Of a stretch of DNA of 64,000 bases, positions 19,622-29,806 are shown in pieces (the first letter of the stretch is position 1; each line of letters opens with the position of its first letter). The DNA is from Acholeplasma sp. (GTDB lineage Bacteria > Bacillota_I > Bacilli_A > Acholeplasmatales > UBA5453): NCBI GenBank assembly GCA_036677365.1, contig JAVBWN010000006.1:8919-72918 (forward strand). Direction: 5' to 3'. Under the pieces are notes generated by a model. The model ran no database searches and was not told where the DNA came from. It saw only the letters and a program-made list of their open reading frames with translations. Position numbers and translations under genes: made by a program.

Positions 19622-21133
19622 ATGTATAAAACCATTTTGTTTGATATGGATGGGACATTGATTGAATCTAATGATCTTGTTTTAGATATCTATCAAGCCC
19701 TCGTCAAACTTCACCCACCCAAAGTCAGTTTAAAAAGTATCCCTGTGGCCGATGTGCTTGCGAAAGGATACCCAGAAGTACTCGAAATGCTCTATGGTAA
19801 AAAGCGTCCGGATTTGATTGAAGAGATTTACCGGATTCACAGTGAACTTGCGGTCAATCACTTAAAACTCTATCCGAACACATTAGACATTTTAGAAAGT
19901 TTAAAAAGCCGAGGTATCAAGCTTTATATCATTACCTCTGAACTGAGAAAAATCGCCATTGCGGAACTCACAGGTTTGAGTATTTTCCATTTCTTTGAGG
20001 ATATCATTGCGTTTGAAGATGTATCTAGACCAAAACCAGACCCTGAAGGCATCATTAAATTGATTACCACCAAGAAACTCAATAAAAAAGAAATGATGTT
20101 TGTGGGGGATTCGATTTCGGATGCGAAAGCCGCCAAAGATGCAGGGATATTATCCATCTACATGAATTGGCATAAAGATGCGTCAAAAATGATTTATTTC
20201 GATAAAACATTCCACGCATTTGAGGAATTGTGTAGTTTTACCTATGATTATGAACCTGTATTGACACTCAAGATGAAACCCAACAAACCTTTTAAAATCG
20301 TTCAATTCACCGATTTACATTTGATGAATGACATGAAGGATTTGAAAACTAAAGGTTTAATCAAGAAGATGATTGCGGAACACAAGCCCGATTTCATCGT
20401 CTTTACCGGCGATCAAACGATGTCAAAAGATAGCCCTAAACTCTATAAGGATTTAGGAACTTATATGGGACAATTCAAAACCCCTTGGAGCTTTATCTTT
20501 GGGAACCACGATACCGATGAAGGCGTCGCATATGAAACCTTGATTGAACACATCCAAGATGCGAATTACCTTGCTTTTAAACCAGGGAACCCTAAACATG
20601 GCTATTCCAATTATTTCATTGAAATTAAAGATAAAAAACTGACAAAAGGACTACTCTTCATGATGGATTCCCACGTCGATGCGTTTTACATCATTGATCA
20701 AAAACCCACTTGGGGGTATGGTTCACTCAAAGATGAACAGCTCCTTTGGATGGACAGTGTGGTCAATCAATACCATTTGCCTTTTGAAAAAGTACCAAGT
20801 TCTCTCTTGTTTTGTCACATTCCACCCCATGAGTTTAAATCGATTACGCCAGAACAAAAACAGGACTACATTGGGTCATATCATGAAACCCCATGTACCC
20901 CACCAATCCCAAACCATATGATGGAAATTCTCAATAAGAAGAACAGTTGTAAAGGCATTTTTGTGGGTCATGACCACTACAATGATTATGCCTTCTACCA
21001 CCACCAAGTATTGTTGGCATATGGCCGTGTCAGCGGTTATTATGATTATGGTCCAAAAGGATTTAAAAAAGGCTGTCGTGTCATTGAACTCAACCACGAT
21101 GGCGAAATCAACACATACGTCAGCATTCTTTAA
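19622..21133 (+). CDS. HAD hydrolase - calcineurin-like metallophosphoesterase fusion
   Basis: HAD motifs DMDGTL, ITS, KPDPEG, VGDSISD; then FTDLH, TGD, GNHD, CHIP, GHDH; RBS GAGGAG supports ATG 19622. Confidence 0.88.
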   Translation: MYKTILFDMDGTLIESNDLVLDIYQALVKLHPPKVSLKSIPVADVLAKGYPEVLEMLYGKKRPDLIEEIYRIHSELAVNHLKLYPNTLDILESLKSRGIKLYIITSELRKIAIAELTGLSIFHFFEDIIAFEDVSRPKPDPEGIIKLITTKKLNKKEMMFVGDSISDAKAAKDAGILSIYMNWHKDASKMIYFDKTFHAFEELCSFTYDYEPVLTLKMKPNKPFKIVQFTDLHLMNDMKDLKTKGLIKKMIAEHKPDFIVFTGDQTMSKDSPKLYKDLGTYMGQFKTPWSFIFGNHDTDEGVAYETLIEHIQDANYLAFKPGNPKHGYSNYFIEIKDKKLTKGLLFMMDSHVDAFYIIDQKPTWGYGSLKDEQLLWMDSVVNQYHLPFEKVPSSLLFCHIPPHEFKSITPEQKQDYIGSYHETPCTPPIPNHMMEILNKKNSCKGIFVGHDHYNDYAFYHHQVLLAYGRVSGYYDYGPKGFKKGCRVIELNHDGEINTYVSIL

Positions 21134-21135
21134 GC

Positions 21136-21184
21136 AAAAAAGAAGAAGCCCATTCAGTGTTTTTCACTGAGTTGGCTTCTTTTG
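21136..21184. terminator. Bidirectional terminator
   Basis: AGAAGCC..TCAGTG-TTTTT-CACTGA..GGCTTCT with A and T flanks between convergent genes. Confidence 0.75.
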
Positions 21185-22081
21185 TTATTCTTCTTCATCT
21201 CTAACAATTTCGATGACAATTGGTATATCCATTTCAAGTGAAAAGCGGCTTAAGGCTGATGTGAAATCCTCATAATCTTCACGATTGAGCGGTTTATTAT
21301 TAGGATAACTGTATTCTAGACTATCATCATAAACCTCTAGTAAATAATGATCGTTTTCATAAAAAACATACTCTGCCAACAATTGATTGCCAATTTTGTA
21401 GAAAACAATGGCAGATTCATGATTTGTGTCGTCTTTTAAATAGTAGAACCGAATGGTGCGTTCAGGTATTGTCTTAAAGATACCCTTGTATTGAGAATGA
21501 CCTTTTAGGAACGTGACATCTATGGTATCAATACCAGGCACTGGTTCGACATATACTGGTGCGGGTATTTCACCATGTTCATCCTCATATTGTTTAATCA
21601 AGTCAGCCATGCTAGGCATTGGTTTTTTGTATAAATATGCGAACCAAACAATGATCATCAACAAAGCTATGATACCCGTAACAAGTGAACCTAAATATAG
21701 ATTGTTCTGCTGATCTTCGATATAATCGTCTAAAGTCAGTATCGCAACATCGTTATGATAAATATACACAGCTTCCATGTCATAGTCATCGTAAAACACT
21801 TGGATATAACCAACGCGAAGGGTGTCGTTTGGATTTAATGAATTAATAACGGATCCCTTCGGATGAACAAATGAAGGTATATACAGTGGTTTGTCAAATT
21901 CGTTAATATAAATAAGTTTATCATCATCGTCTGTGTCATATCGATCAAATGTGAACACAGCTTCTTGAACATCCGTAACCTCAAATGTATGAGCAATGTC
22001 ATACAAAGCAAGTGAACCAACAGCCGCGATGACAGCGACAAAACCAATAGCAATTAATCCAATGATTTTTTTAATAGGCAT
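21185..22081 (-). CDS. Hypothetical membrane protein (two TM segments)
   Basis: Long ORF with N-terminal and central hydrophobic helices; RBS GAGGT supports ATG 22081. Confidence 0.75.
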   Translation of the reverse strand: MPIKKIIGLIAIGFVAVIAAVGSLALYDIAHTFEVTDVQEAVFTFDRYDTDDDDKLIYINEFDKPLYIPSFVHPKGSVINSLNPNDTLRVGYIQVFYDDYDMEAVYIYHNDVAILTLDDYIEDQQNNLYLGSLVTGIIALLMIIVWFAYLYKKPMPSMADLIKQYEDEHGEIPAPVYVEPVPGIDTIDVTFLKGHSQYKGIFKTIPERTIRFYYLKDDTNHESAIVFYKIGNQLLAEYVFYENDHYLLEVYDDSLEYSYPNNKPLNREDYEDFTSALSRFSLEMDIPIVIEIVRDEEE

Positions 22082-22353
22082 AGGGAAAAACCTCATTTCA
22101 TCTATATTATACAATTTTACAATTGAAAATATAATTATAAATTAACATAATGTTTTCCGATTTCATTTGAAGTCTTGGATTTACTGGAATGAATGAAAAT
22201 AATCAGATCCAAATCTTACCCAATCCTGTCTTTCCTATAAGGTGTTTTTCGGTGTCATTTGTATTTCAAAGTATCCTCTAAAAAACTGCGATTTTCCCTA
22301 CTATTATCATTGATTAAAAAGGTTAAATATTATATGATTAATATACTGGAGAG

Positions 22354-23835
22354 ATGCATGTGTTAAAAAAGATCATAGTAATTTCAAATACCCCCTCAAG
22401 CGACATCAAATGGCTTGAATATATCAACGAAGAAAATATCCTCAACGGCTTAAATGCAATCGAGGTTAATCAAATAAAAGATGCGAAAAACGTAGGTAAG
22501 TTACTCTATAAACATCAATTATTTGATATTTTTGTGTTTTCTAAATCCAAACAAGCGTTAAGAACACTCTATAAGAGTTACCCATATGCCAGACTGGTTT
22601 ACATGCCAGATACCTTCAATAGTCTCGTCGATTTATCGAAGGATGCTTTTACCAACAATGCCCATACCGTATGCTTAAAAGCAGCGGCTTTATCACAGTC
22701 TATGGTTCGCCATCTAAAGAGCTATGGGTTGGTGGTTTTTGCTTATGTTGAAAAACAAACCGATATCTATCAAGCAGTCTTGGCTGGTGTCGACGGCTTG
22801 TATGGTAAAAATATCGATAAGAAACAAATCGATGTGAAAGGCGATTTCTCATTCACACCCTTTGTCATTGCCCACCGTGGCTATCACGCCAATGCCCAAG
22901 AAAATAGTTTAAAAGCAGCAGCTGAAGCGGTGAGAATGCGTGCTGACTTTGTTGAACTCGACTATCATATGACCAAAGACAAGCACATCGTCGTTAACCA
23001 TGACGATTCTTTGGGTCGTACCTATGAAAAAGACTATGTCATTCGTAAAGATACACTCAGGTCTTTACAATCGATTAAAATGACTTATAAGGGTGAAAAG
23101 ACAGATGAAGTCTTACCAACGTTATCGATGTTTCATAAGCATTTAAAAGATACCAATACATCGTTATTGATTGAAGCTAAAACATCTGCAGGTGGTGCAG
23201 TCAAACGACTCAATCGAGTATTGAGTCAAATGGACAAACCACCCCTACTCATGAGTTTTTACCCCTTCGCTTTAGTCAACTTCAAGAAGTATGCGAAAGG
23301 TTATTCTAGAGGGTTCTTAATTGACCTTGAACAAAACCACATGAGTGTATCAGACATCATCAAAATTTCCAATAAATACAACCTCACCATCCACCCATAT
23401 TTTAGTCATACCAAATCCAATTTAATTGAAATCCTTAAAAAACGTTCAATCATGTATTGTCCTTGGGGATTAAAAACGGACATCGATTTGAGAAAAGCAT
23501 TCTTATCTGGATATTATGGCATCAATACCGATGAATCTCATCGTTTCAAAGACTTCATCAAGTATTTGGTGGTTAAGACCAGACATACTTATTACATTGG
23601 CGATACACTCACCCTTCAAACAACCACGGATGTAGGGTCTGAAATCGAAGGAAACATTGAGGTATTGTTCCAAAACCCACTCGGTTTGGTGTTTGAAAAT
23701 AATCGAATTACGCACGCTACCTTAGATGGTATGGCTTATTTATATGTGACTTACATGGTTAAAACCGACTTGGTCAACTATACCTTGATGTCTGATCTCA
23801 TTCAAATTGAAGTTAAGCGTAGTTCTCATGAATAA
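22354..23835 (+). CDS. Glycerophosphodiester phosphodiesterase family protein with N- and C-terminal extensions
   Basis: IAHRG..ENS, FVELDYHMTKD, VNHD, LIEAK motifs begin about residue 170. Confidence 0.85.
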   Translation: MHVLKKIIVISNTPSSDIKWLEYINEENILNGLNAIEVNQIKDAKNVGKLLYKHQLFDIFVFSKSKQALRTLYKSYPYARLVYMPDTFNSLVDLSKDAFTNNAHTVCLKAAALSQSMVRHLKSYGLVVFAYVEKQTDIYQAVLAGVDGLYGKNIDKKQIDVKGDFSFTPFVIAHRGYHANAQENSLKAAAEAVRMRADFVELDYHMTKDKHIVVNHDDSLGRTYEKDYVIRKDTLRSLQSIKMTYKGEKTDEVLPTLSMFHKHLKDTNTSLLIEAKTSAGGAVKRLNRVLSQMDKPPLLMSFYPFALVNFKKYAKGYSRGFLIDLEQNHMSVSDIIKISNKYNLTIHPYFSHTKSNLIEILKKRSIMYCPWGLKTDIDLRKAFLSGYYGINTDESHRFKDFIKYLVVKTRHTYYIGDTLTLQTTTDVGSEIEGNIEVLFQNPLGLVFENNRITHATLDGMAYLYVTYMVKTDLVNYTLMSDLIQIEVKRSSHE

Positions 23836-24787
23836 CGTCTATTTACATAACCTATACGCCTCGAAAACAGAAGCGGGATATTCGCTACATAAATTCCCTA
23901 CCTCACTGATTGAACACCTTTCTGTGAAGGGTCAACCCAATGCGTATACATTGTTTGGTTCAGAGATTAGATTTACCATTGTAAGCAAAGTAACGGTGGA
24001 AGTCTACACACCAAATACTTCACAAATCCTCATTTATTATGGGGATTATCAAGGGGAGTTTCATACATTCAGTGGGTCATATACCTTTCAAATCGAACCT
24101 AAATTTGATGAAGAAGGTTTGAAACGGTTATCCCAATATCATCGATTTGAACCCAATTTGGTTCGCATCATTCTCAAAGAAAATATGACAGTGAAATCCA
24201 TTGAAGGTGAATATGTATTCCCGGATATTTCCAAGTTCCCAAAACAGAAGTATTTGGCTTATGGTACATCCATTACACAAGGCAGAAATGGGTTCACTCC
24301 AGATTTAAATTACCCAGGGATCGTGTCTGAAGCATTGGGGTATGAATGTTATAATTACGGCATGAGTGGTTCAGCGTATATTGAACAAGCACTGGTGGAT
24401 TTCATGTGTGAAAACACGTATGACCTCATCACATTAGAGCTCTCAGTGAATTTGTTGGGGGATGGCTATGATGTTTCAATCTTCAAAGACAGACTTAGTT
24501 ATTTACTTCAAAAAATAGCACAAACACAACCACACGCAACCGTGATTGGAATCACGATTTTAGACAATTGGCGAAAGCTAGGGTTTGATCAAAACAGAGG
24601 CACACAAAAGGATGTCATCTTATATCGAAATGCTTTCAAATCAATCATGAAAGATTATCCTCAGTTCATTCTATTAGAGGGTGAATCGATGTTAGAATTC
24701 CATCATCTATCCGCCGACTTAATTCACCCTTCTCAATATGGCATGATTGAACTAGCAAATCAGATACTCAAACACACAAAGATGTAA
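23828..24787 (+). CDS. SGNH/GDSL hydrolase family protein
   Basis: YGTSITQG (block I), GMSG, SVN, DLIHPSQYG (DxxH). Confidence 0.85.
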   Translation: MNNVYLHNLYASKTEAGYSLHKFPTSLIEHLSVKGQPNAYTLFGSEIRFTIVSKVTVEVYTPNTSQILIYYGDYQGEFHTFSGSYTFQIEPKFDEEGLKRLSQYHRFEPNLVRIILKENMTVKSIEGEYVFPDISKFPKQKYLAYGTSITQGRNGFTPDLNYPGIVSEALGYECYNYGMSGSAYIEQALVDFMCENTYDLITLELSVNLLGDGYDVSIFKDRLSYLLQKIAQTQPHATVIGITILDNWRKLGFDQNRGTQKDVILYRNAFKSIMKDYPQFILLEGESMLEFHHLSADLIHPSQYGMIELANQILKHTKM

Positions 24788-24862
24788 GTAAATTTACATC
24801 TTTTTTTGCTAAAAAAGGGAAATACATACCCAATTGTGGTATAAATAATATGGTGATAATAT

Positions 24863-26134
24863 ATGAGTTTAAACACATTATACGATGAAGCATTGTCCTA
24901 TTTAGGACTCAATGTAAAAGAAAAAGACCCAACAAAAGCGATTAAAATCTTAGAAACACTTGCGTTGAATGGATACGCTGACGCGTTTTACCACTTAGGT
25001 AGAAGCTTCGCGATTGGCGAAGGTAATACCATGGATGTGGTGAAAGCCAAAGAACTCTATGAAACTGGTATGTCCTTAGGCAGCCTTAAGTGTTTCTATG
25101 GGTTTGCGTTACTCCATACCACAGGTTATGGTGTATTAAAGGATGAAAGACTGGCTAAAGATTATTTTGAAGCAGGTTATCAAGGTATCCTAGAAGAAGC
25201 AAATCAAGGTGATCCAATCTCTAATTACATGATGGGTTGTTACTACTATTATGGTTTTTATGTGAAAAAATATGTGGCTACAGCGATTGAATATTTAGAC
25301 AAATCCGCTCAAGCAGGCTATGCAGAAGCGCAGTTCTTATTAGGGTCAATCTACGAAGCATTACATAAAGATGTCAAAAAAGACAAAGAAATCTTTGAAT
25401 ACTATTCACAAGCAGCGATGCAAGGCCATGCGTATGCACAATATGCATTGGCGTTGTTGTATCTCGATTCGGATGTTGTATCTAAAGATTATAATGAAGC
25501 GAAGAAGTGGTTGGAGTTGTCTGCTAAGCAACACCACTATTTGGCATTAGGTACCTTAGGTATGCTTTATTATGAAGGTGAATTGGGTCAAAAGGATTAC
25601 GATAAAGCTTTTCCTTACCTAAAAGAATCCGCAGATTTAGGCTACGCGCTTGCGCAGTACTACATCGGTTTAATGTATAAGAATGGTCAAGGGGTTGAAA
25701 AAGACATCGATGAAGCGGTGACTTACTTAACCTTAGCGGCCAATCAAAACGACATGAATGCTCAGTACAACTTAGGCATACTCTATTTCAAATATAAAGG
25801 TAAACCGCATTTTGATAAATCTTTCCATTGGCTAACCAAAGCCGCGGAACAAAAACACCCCTATGCCCAGTACAATTTAGGTGTTATGTATCAAAATGGG
25901 GATTATGTTAAACAAGATTATGAAAAGGCATCCGTTTTTTACCGCCAAGCTGCAGAAAAAGATGTGGTGGGGGCGATGCACAATCTAGGCATGTTGTATA
26001 TGAAGGGTTTGGGTGTCGTAAAGAGTGAAGATACCGCTGTTCATTATTGGAAGAAAGCAGCCAACCTAGGGCATGAACCATCCAAGATGTATTTAGAATC
26101 CGTAGAAGCATTCAATCAGAGGCAAAAAAAATGA
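24863..26134 (+). CDS. Sel1-like repeat (SLR) protein
   Basis: About ten A-x-Y-x-L-G-x-x-Y repeats of about 36 aa. Confidence 0.92.
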   Translation: MSLNTLYDEALSYLGLNVKEKDPTKAIKILETLALNGYADAFYHLGRSFAIGEGNTMDVVKAKELYETGMSLGSLKCFYGFALLHTTGYGVLKDERLAKDYFEAGYQGILEEANQGDPISNYMMGCYYYYGFYVKKYVATAIEYLDKSAQAGYAEAQFLLGSIYEALHKDVKKDKEIFEYYSQAAMQGHAYAQYALALLYLDSDVVSKDYNEAKKWLELSAKQHHYLALGTLGMLYYEGELGQKDYDKAFPYLKESADLGYALAQYYIGLMYKNGQGVEKDIDEAVTYLTLAANQNDMNAQYNLGILYFKYKGKPHFDKSFHWLTKAAEQKHPYAQYNLGVMYQNGDYVKQDYEKASVFYRQAAEKDVVGAMHNLGMLYMKGLGVVKSEDTAVHYWKKAANLGHEPSKMYLESVEAFNQRQKK

Positions 26135-26880
26135 ACGTTATTGTAAAACCATTCCACTTACCGTTATTAAACCGTGAAGCAAAACTATATGTGATGTTAC
26201 CTGAGAAGATGGAAATGGATGCATCTTATCCAGTTTTATTTTTTCATGATGGTCAAAATGTATTTTTTGATAGAGACGCATCGTTTGGCGTCTCTTGGGG
26301 CGTCAAAGAAATCTTTGAACAAAACGACATGCCTAAAATGGTTGTTGTTGGATTGTCTTGTGCCAATGGGTTGAATCGTTTAGATGAGTATAATCCATTC
26401 ATCGCTTCTAAAGCCGTTTCCTTTGGGGAAACCCCTCGTTTAACCGGGGGGAAAGGTGACGCGTATCTCCATGACATCATCGATACGGTTTTACCCTATT
26501 TGAAAGAACACTACCCTGTGGATTTAAACAACATTACGATTGCTGGGTCATCGATGGGTGGACACATTTCTTTATACGCAACCTTAACCTATCCTAAAGT
26601 ATTTAAGAACGCGTTGTGTTTATCGAATGCGTTTTGGATTTCAGAAGACGCCATGGTAAACTATGTCCTTAACCTAAGGAAAAAACATAAAGGCTTGATT
26701 TATATGGATACTGGTGACAATGAATCCGATGATTTTGATTACCTCAAAGCCAATGATCGTGTCTATAAAGCACTAAATCAAAAAGGCATTAAAGCCACTT
26801 ATAAAATCATTCCCGGTGGCATTCACCATGAATCTGACTGGAATAAACGTATCAAAGACATCATTTTGATGATAAAATAG
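26131..26880 (+). CDS. Alpha/beta hydrolase, putative esterase
   Basis: FHDGQN, RLDEY, nucleophile GSSMGG, DTGDNE, HHESDW. Confidence 0.88.
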   Translation: MNVIVKPFHLPLLNREAKLYVMLPEKMEMDASYPVLFFHDGQNVFFDRDASFGVSWGVKEIFEQNDMPKMVVVGLSCANGLNRLDEYNPFIASKAVSFGETPRLTGGKGDAYLHDIIDTVLPYLKEHYPVDLNNITIAGSSMGGHISLYATLTYPKVFKNALCLSNAFWISEDAMVNYVLNLRKKHKGLIYMDTGDNESDDFDYLKANDRVYKALNQKGIKATYKIIPGGIHHESDWNKRIKDIILMIK

Positions 26881-26930
26881 AAAAAATCACCCACATACCG
26901 TCATTTGATGATATGTGGGTGTTTTTATAC
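26881..26930. repeat. Terminator hairpin, copy 1 of a direct repeat (copy 2 at 31401-31450)
   Basis: CACCCACATA...TATGTGGGTG stem; 38/41 identical to copy 2 over the first 41 nt, 44/50 overall (hand alignment). Confidence 0.9.
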
Positions 26931-26988
26931 ATTTTTGTTGTAAATGAGAAAATTCCGTACTTATTGTGTCCGATTATTAGAACAAGAA

Positions 26989-27513
26989 TTATGAGATTTT
27001 AATAAGAACAACAAACTTACCCATCTCATTTTTTATTGAGTTATTGAATTCATTGATGTAGTATACTTGATTTAAACCTAAAAATGGAATAATTGATTGA
27101 ATGTTCTTTAAATCAATTTGAAACGATATACAAGAAGAAAAAAATATTTGTTTATTCTTTTGTGCTATGAAGTCTTCGTATTTTTCCATCGACATATACA
27201 AATAACCTTTATCAATAAGAGCGAACACTTCGCTATCCAATCTGATTTGCTTAATGATTTTACCTCTATAGACTTTAATCAATTCGTTATCAACGATGAT
27301 AACTTTTGAGAAAACATGTTTTTTAATCATGAAAAAAATACTATTAAGAAATATCAGGAAGAAAACTCCAATGCAAATTCCAATTAAACCCTCAATAAAA
27401 GTATCACTTTTAGAAGTTAAATCTATACTGAGAAATAGTAACATTAACATTGAAAGGTTCGAGATGATTATACTAATCACAAACTTTTCAACTCTATTTT
27501 TACTGACCAACAT
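26989..27513 (-). CDS. Hypothetical membrane protein (two N-terminal TMs plus soluble domain)
   Basis: RBS GGAGGT upstream; two hydrophobic helices. Confidence 0.75.
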   Translation of the reverse strand: MLVSKNRVEKFVISIIISNLSMLMLLFLSIDLTSKSDTFIEGLIGICIGVFFLIFLNSIFFMIKKHVFSKVIIVDNELIKVYRGKIIKQIRLDSEVFALIDKGYLYMSMEKYEDFIAQKNKQIFFSSCISFQIDLKNIQSIIPFLGLNQVYYINEFNNSIKNEMGKFVVLIKIS

Positions 27514-27910
27514 GATATATGATTACCTCCCGACTTCTCATAAATACCTATACTGATTAACGTAATCAAAGAACATGGATGCTTGAACTCCTAAATAATT
27601 ATGATAAAGATTAGATGTTTCATCTATTTACCCCTTATTTGATCAAAGTATTTGTTGGATTAATTGAAATTTATAACGATTATTGATGTTTAGAGTTGGT
27701 CATTGGCGACATATTAACTGTGGATTAACCATGAAAATTCAACCCAACTAAAATGGTTTTTAAAATATCTCTAATTTTATTATAACATGACAATTATATT
27801 CATATAAATGATATTTATACTAAATTAATTTTGTGCTATACTGATAATTGAAATGTATTTTATGACAAAAAAATGATGACTTTTATGAATAAACAAAGAG
27901 AAGCAAATCA

Positions 27911-28645
27911 ATGAATGTAAAAATAAAGGGGTGTTGTCTCGTGAATCTCAACACGAATAAACCAAACAATGGAAGATTATATGTGGAGTTATTCCTCATC
28001 ATTAGCAACATCCTAATGATACTCGGATTGTTCGAAGTGAAAATGGACATCATTTTATGGTTATGCCTTATATTTTGGATTTTACAAATTGTGTTGATTG
28101 GTTTAAACTATGTATCTAAAAGCATTTATAACAATCGAATCGTGATGCTAATTACCCATAGCATGCGTTATGACCCAGTGATGCCTAAACCAAAGTCAAT
28201 CGATACTATAATAAAACACAAAACACGTTTTAGTACACTCAGAAATTATGTTATCGATTCAGAGACCAATAGTAAACTCTCATCATTAACCTACCCATTA
28301 AGACAAAGTTTTAGATTTTTCACCCTAAGAATCGCATTTGTTTCATTTTTTTTGGTGGTTGGAATTGTCTTAATATTATTTTCTAGTAATCCTTTAGCAA
28401 GTATATACTTGAATGAATTTTGGATTCTACCTGCAGTATTTATTGGTAGATATGGTGTGATTACTGTGTTCATTTTGATTTTAAGTTACTTTGATATAAA
28501 CGAAGCCATTCAAGAAGATGATCGGGTTTATTTGGTCTTGACTTCTGTTGTTCTCAATAAAAAAAATAAACCAGAAGAACTTATTACCGGGCTATATGAA
28601 CATATGCACAATATATATAAAGTCGTTCGATTTGATTTTGAATAA
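27911..28645 (+). CDS. Hypothetical membrane protein (about four TMs), candidate orphan immunity protein
   Basis: Hydrophobic ORF in the AT-rich block; start uncertain. Confidence 0.65.
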   Translation: MNVKIKGCCLVNLNTNKPNNGRLYVELFLIISNILMILGLFEVKMDIILWLCLIFWILQIVLIGLNYVSKSIYNNRIVMLITHSMRYDPVMPKPKSIDTIIKHKTRFSTLRNYVIDSETNSKLSSLTYPLRQSFRFFTLRIAFVSFFLVVGIVLILFSSNPLASIYLNEFWILPAVFIGRYGVITVFILILSYFDINEAIQEDDRVYLVLTSVVLNKKNKPEELITGLYEHMHNIYKVVRFDFE

Positions 28646-28693
28646 ATTCATTCAATATGAATGTCAACTGCACAAGTAGTGGAGGTATAATTC

Positions 28694-29131
28694 ATGAAAA
28701 AGACTTTCTACACCGATAAATACGGGTTACAAATGATTATTCTTAACATCATTCTTACGATTTATATTGCGGGCAATACGTATTATTTTTATGCTCAAGG
28801 CGATACTGATAGAACATTACTGATGGGTATTTCACTGGTATTATTACTAATCCCATTGGTTATTATCCTCGTTTTTTATCCTTTAAGTATATCAAGGGTT
28901 GACATTGATCAATCAAAACTAATTGTAAAAAGGTATGGCAAATCGGTATTAAATATGGAATGGTCAGAAGTATTAACCATTACAGATATTAAAAAAGGGA
29001 ATGCGAAATATTTGGTATTCAAAGGACAAAATGATCAAGCCATTAGAATAACCTACAGTTTAAAGCTAATAAACCACATAATGTCGGTATGTAAAAACCC
29101 ACATGTGCTGAATCAAATCGAAAAATTGTGA
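28694..29131 (+). CDS. Hypothetical membrane protein (2 TMs plus PH-like soluble tail), candidate orphan immunity protein
   Basis: RBS GGAGGT; two TMs then a beta-rich tail. Confidence 0.75.
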   Translation: MKKTFYTDKYGLQMIILNIILTIYIAGNTYYFYAQGDTDRTLLMGISLVLLLIPLVIILVFYPLSISRVDIDQSKLIVKRYGKSVLNMEWSEVLTITDIKKGNAKYLVFKGQNDQAIRITYSLKLINHIMSVCKNPHVLNQIEKL

Positions 29132-29266
29132 TTGAACAATTAGCTAACTATAGAAAATCATCACCACTGTCTTTGATTTCATGGCAACAACATAGTATTA
29201 GTCATAGAATAAACAAGCATAGGTGGGAATGGTAAATATGTTAGCATTTAAAATTAGGAGTACTAC

Positions 29267-29806
29267 ATGAAGAAAGCGTACTATTTTCACGGAAATATAA
29301 TAAAATTCCTTTTTAAAAAACACTATTGTCCATGGTGTGATAATTTATTGTCAAAAAAATTGAATCACAAAATAGTAAACTCAAATTCAGAAGAAGCGAA
29401 AAAATATAAAAGTTTATATAGCAGTACTGATGGTGGGAGTATAATTGGAAATTTTGATTCAGATATTAGACATCACTTGTTTTATTGTGGTTCATGTGAT
29501 AAAGAAATTGAACACAAAACACTTTTTAGTTATGAGAAAGTTATGGCAAAAATATCACAAATCATTGAACTTGCCAGAAGTAAAAATAAAGATTTGCACA
29601 TATTATATTATGATGAATACGAAAAAACTGTTAATCTTGAGGATAAAATATTTTTTAACAAAGCTGTTATTTCATTTAAAATGAATGGGAGTTATGTCGA
29701 AAAAGTATGTTTTATTGCTTTGAAGAATCAAAACTATGAACAAGCAGTTTATTATAAATCAACAGACCATCTAAAGGATATTATAAAAATACTTAGACAA
29801 GAATAA
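29267..29806 (+). CDS. Hypothetical Zn-ribbon protein, candidate orphan immunity protein
   Basis: RBS AGGAG; CPWC and CGSC pairs. Confidence 0.75.
   Translation: MKKAYYFHGNIIKFLFKKHYCPWCDNLLSKKLNHKIVNSNSEEAKKYKSLYSSTDGGSIIGNFDSDIRHHLFYCGSCDKEIEHKTLFSYEKVMAKISQIIELARSKNKDLHILYYDEYEKTVNLEDKIFFNKAVISFKMNGSYVEKVCFIALKNQNYEQAVYYKSTDHLKDIIKILRQE

Noticed and set aside
22115-22350. Possible pseudogene fragment on the minus strand in the 240-nt intergenic region
   Set aside because: Frame interrupted by TGA and TAA and no recognisable motif; cannot be supported without a search
26955-26985. GGACAC-containing segment (and CTAGACCCTAA..TTAGGGT at 31504) as IS3-family ends
   Set aside because: Resemblance too short and no transposase remnant; not supportable without an ISfinder match
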